DNA of 64,000 nucleotides from NCBI GenBank assembly GCA_029856045.1, contig JAHQWG010000016.1, positions 128,001-192,000 on the forward strand, read 5' to 3'. The notes beneath the pieces were generated by a model. It was not told where the DNA came from and did no database searches. It saw only the letters and a list, made by a program, of their open reading frames with translations. This document shows, piece after piece, positions 63,117 to 64,000 of the stretch. Made by a program: the position numbers and the translations under genes. The DNA comes from Promethearchaeia archaeon (GTDB taxonomy: Archaea > Asgardarchaeota > Lokiarchaeia > Sigyniarchaeales > SOKP01). The first letter of the stretch is position 1; every line of letters begins with the position of its first letter.

Positions 63117-63549
63117 AAAGTTTTATAAAATTCTATTTAAAGGAATTTTAGATTCGGAGGAAAATATTTTAAATTTAACTTTTGAAGTGTTGTCTTTAAA
63201 AGAACCAGTAAAGATTGAACCTACCTCTATAAATAAAATAAAAGAATTAGCAATAAAGAGAGAAAACATTTTCTTTTTTCAAAATATTAAGGAAGTTCTC
63301 CAATTAGGAAAAGACTTTCAATTTAGTAATTGCCCTTATTATTTTATTCTTCTCTATAAGTTGAAATCAAATAGCATGAAAAAGGGAATATTAATAGGTA
63401 ATGTAAAATCAATTGGAGATGTCATTATTGGAATTTGGCCAATTGAATTCAATTTAAAAAAGAGCTTTAATTTAAATCAATTAATCTCTGAAATAAATCA
63501 TATGATTAATAATCCAGATGATTTCATAAATATAACTTTAATCAATTAA
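63082..63549 (+). CDS. Hypothetical protein
   Basis: 155-aa ORF overlapping the aIF1 end. Confidence 0.55.
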   Translation: MLPKKNIKNDTRKFYKILFKGILDSEENILNLTFEVLSLKEPVKIEPTSINKIKELAIKRENIFFFQNIKEVLQLGKDFQFSNCPYYFILLYKLKSNSMKKGILIGNVKSIGDVIIGIWPIEFNLKKSFNLNQLISEINHMINNPDDFINITLIN

Positions 63550-63597
63550 ACTTTTAGAAGTTAACATTTAACGTATATTACAAAATATATAAATAAA

Positions 63598-64000
63598 CTA
63601 CTCAGAAAACGAGTAACGTCCTAGCAATGGTACGAAACGAACACTACATACCTTGTCGACCTTAAATTTATCTTCTTTTATTTTGGTATATAAATATAAG
63701 TCTTGGGAGAAATTCTTTGATCCAGCAGGGATACACATAATTCCTCCGACTTTTAATTGATCTTTAAATGGTTGAGGTATAGGGAGTGATGAGGCGGCTG
63801 TTACAAGAATTCTTTCATAGGGTGCTTCTTTCTCATATCCTAAGGTTCCATCAGAATGTATAACATCAATTTTTTTACTAAACCCTGCTTTTTCAATATT
63901 TTTTCTAGCATTATCAACCAGTTCTTTAATTCTCTCAACTGTATATACATGACCTGGGTTTTTTGAATGTTCAGGAGCAATGATATAAGCACATAACGCT
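63598..64000 (-). CDS. pcm: Protein-L-isoaspartate O-methyltransferase (3' part; truncated by window edge)
   Basis: VYTVERIKELV..A, DGTLGYEKEAPYERILVTAA, QLKVGG, VRFVPLLG. Confidence 0.9.
   Translation of the reverse strand, partial: ALCAYIIAPEHSKNPGHVYTVERIKELVDNARKNIEKAGFSKKIDVIHSDGTLGYEKEAPYERILVTAASSLPIPQPFKDQLKVGGIMCIPAGSKNFSQDLYLYTKIKEDKFKVDKVCSVRFVPLLGRYSFSE

Overview
A very AT-rich archaeal chromosomal segment, most likely from an Asgard archaeon of the Lokiarchaeia type. This rests on the archaeal 16S rRNA plus many eukaryotic-signature families: longin/uDENN, cDENN, roadblock, V4R, and Rab-like and MglA-like small GTPases. Core genes: 2 TFB, 2 Orc1/Cdc6, ABCE1, class I LysRS, uL3-uL4-uL23, eS17, aIF1, thermosome, Tsr3, MtaB and FBA. 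RNA genes: an unlinked 16S rRNA, RNase P RNA, SRP RNA, two box C/D guide sRNAs, and five tRNAs that all carry bulge-helix-bulge (BHB) introns, mostly at non-canonical sites. Top finding: the YchF/Ola1-family GTPase gene is interrupted inside its P-loop by a 45-nt stop-containing insertion (51867-51911) that folds into a BHB-type splice motif, i.e. a probable tRNA-endonuclease-spliced intron in a protein-coding mRNA. Other notable items: C/D sRNAs predicted to guide LSU Gm2251 and possibly H69 Am1913; a Tad-like pilus locus with a Flp-type pilin; a roadblock-cDENN-GTPase operon; a HerA-longin fusion; an S1P-like subtilase; a candidate ORB origin; two probable ATA/ATT-initiated genes; several pseudo-enzymes; and an internally deleted ino1 pseudogene. 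All family calls are from motif recognition by eye, not database searches.
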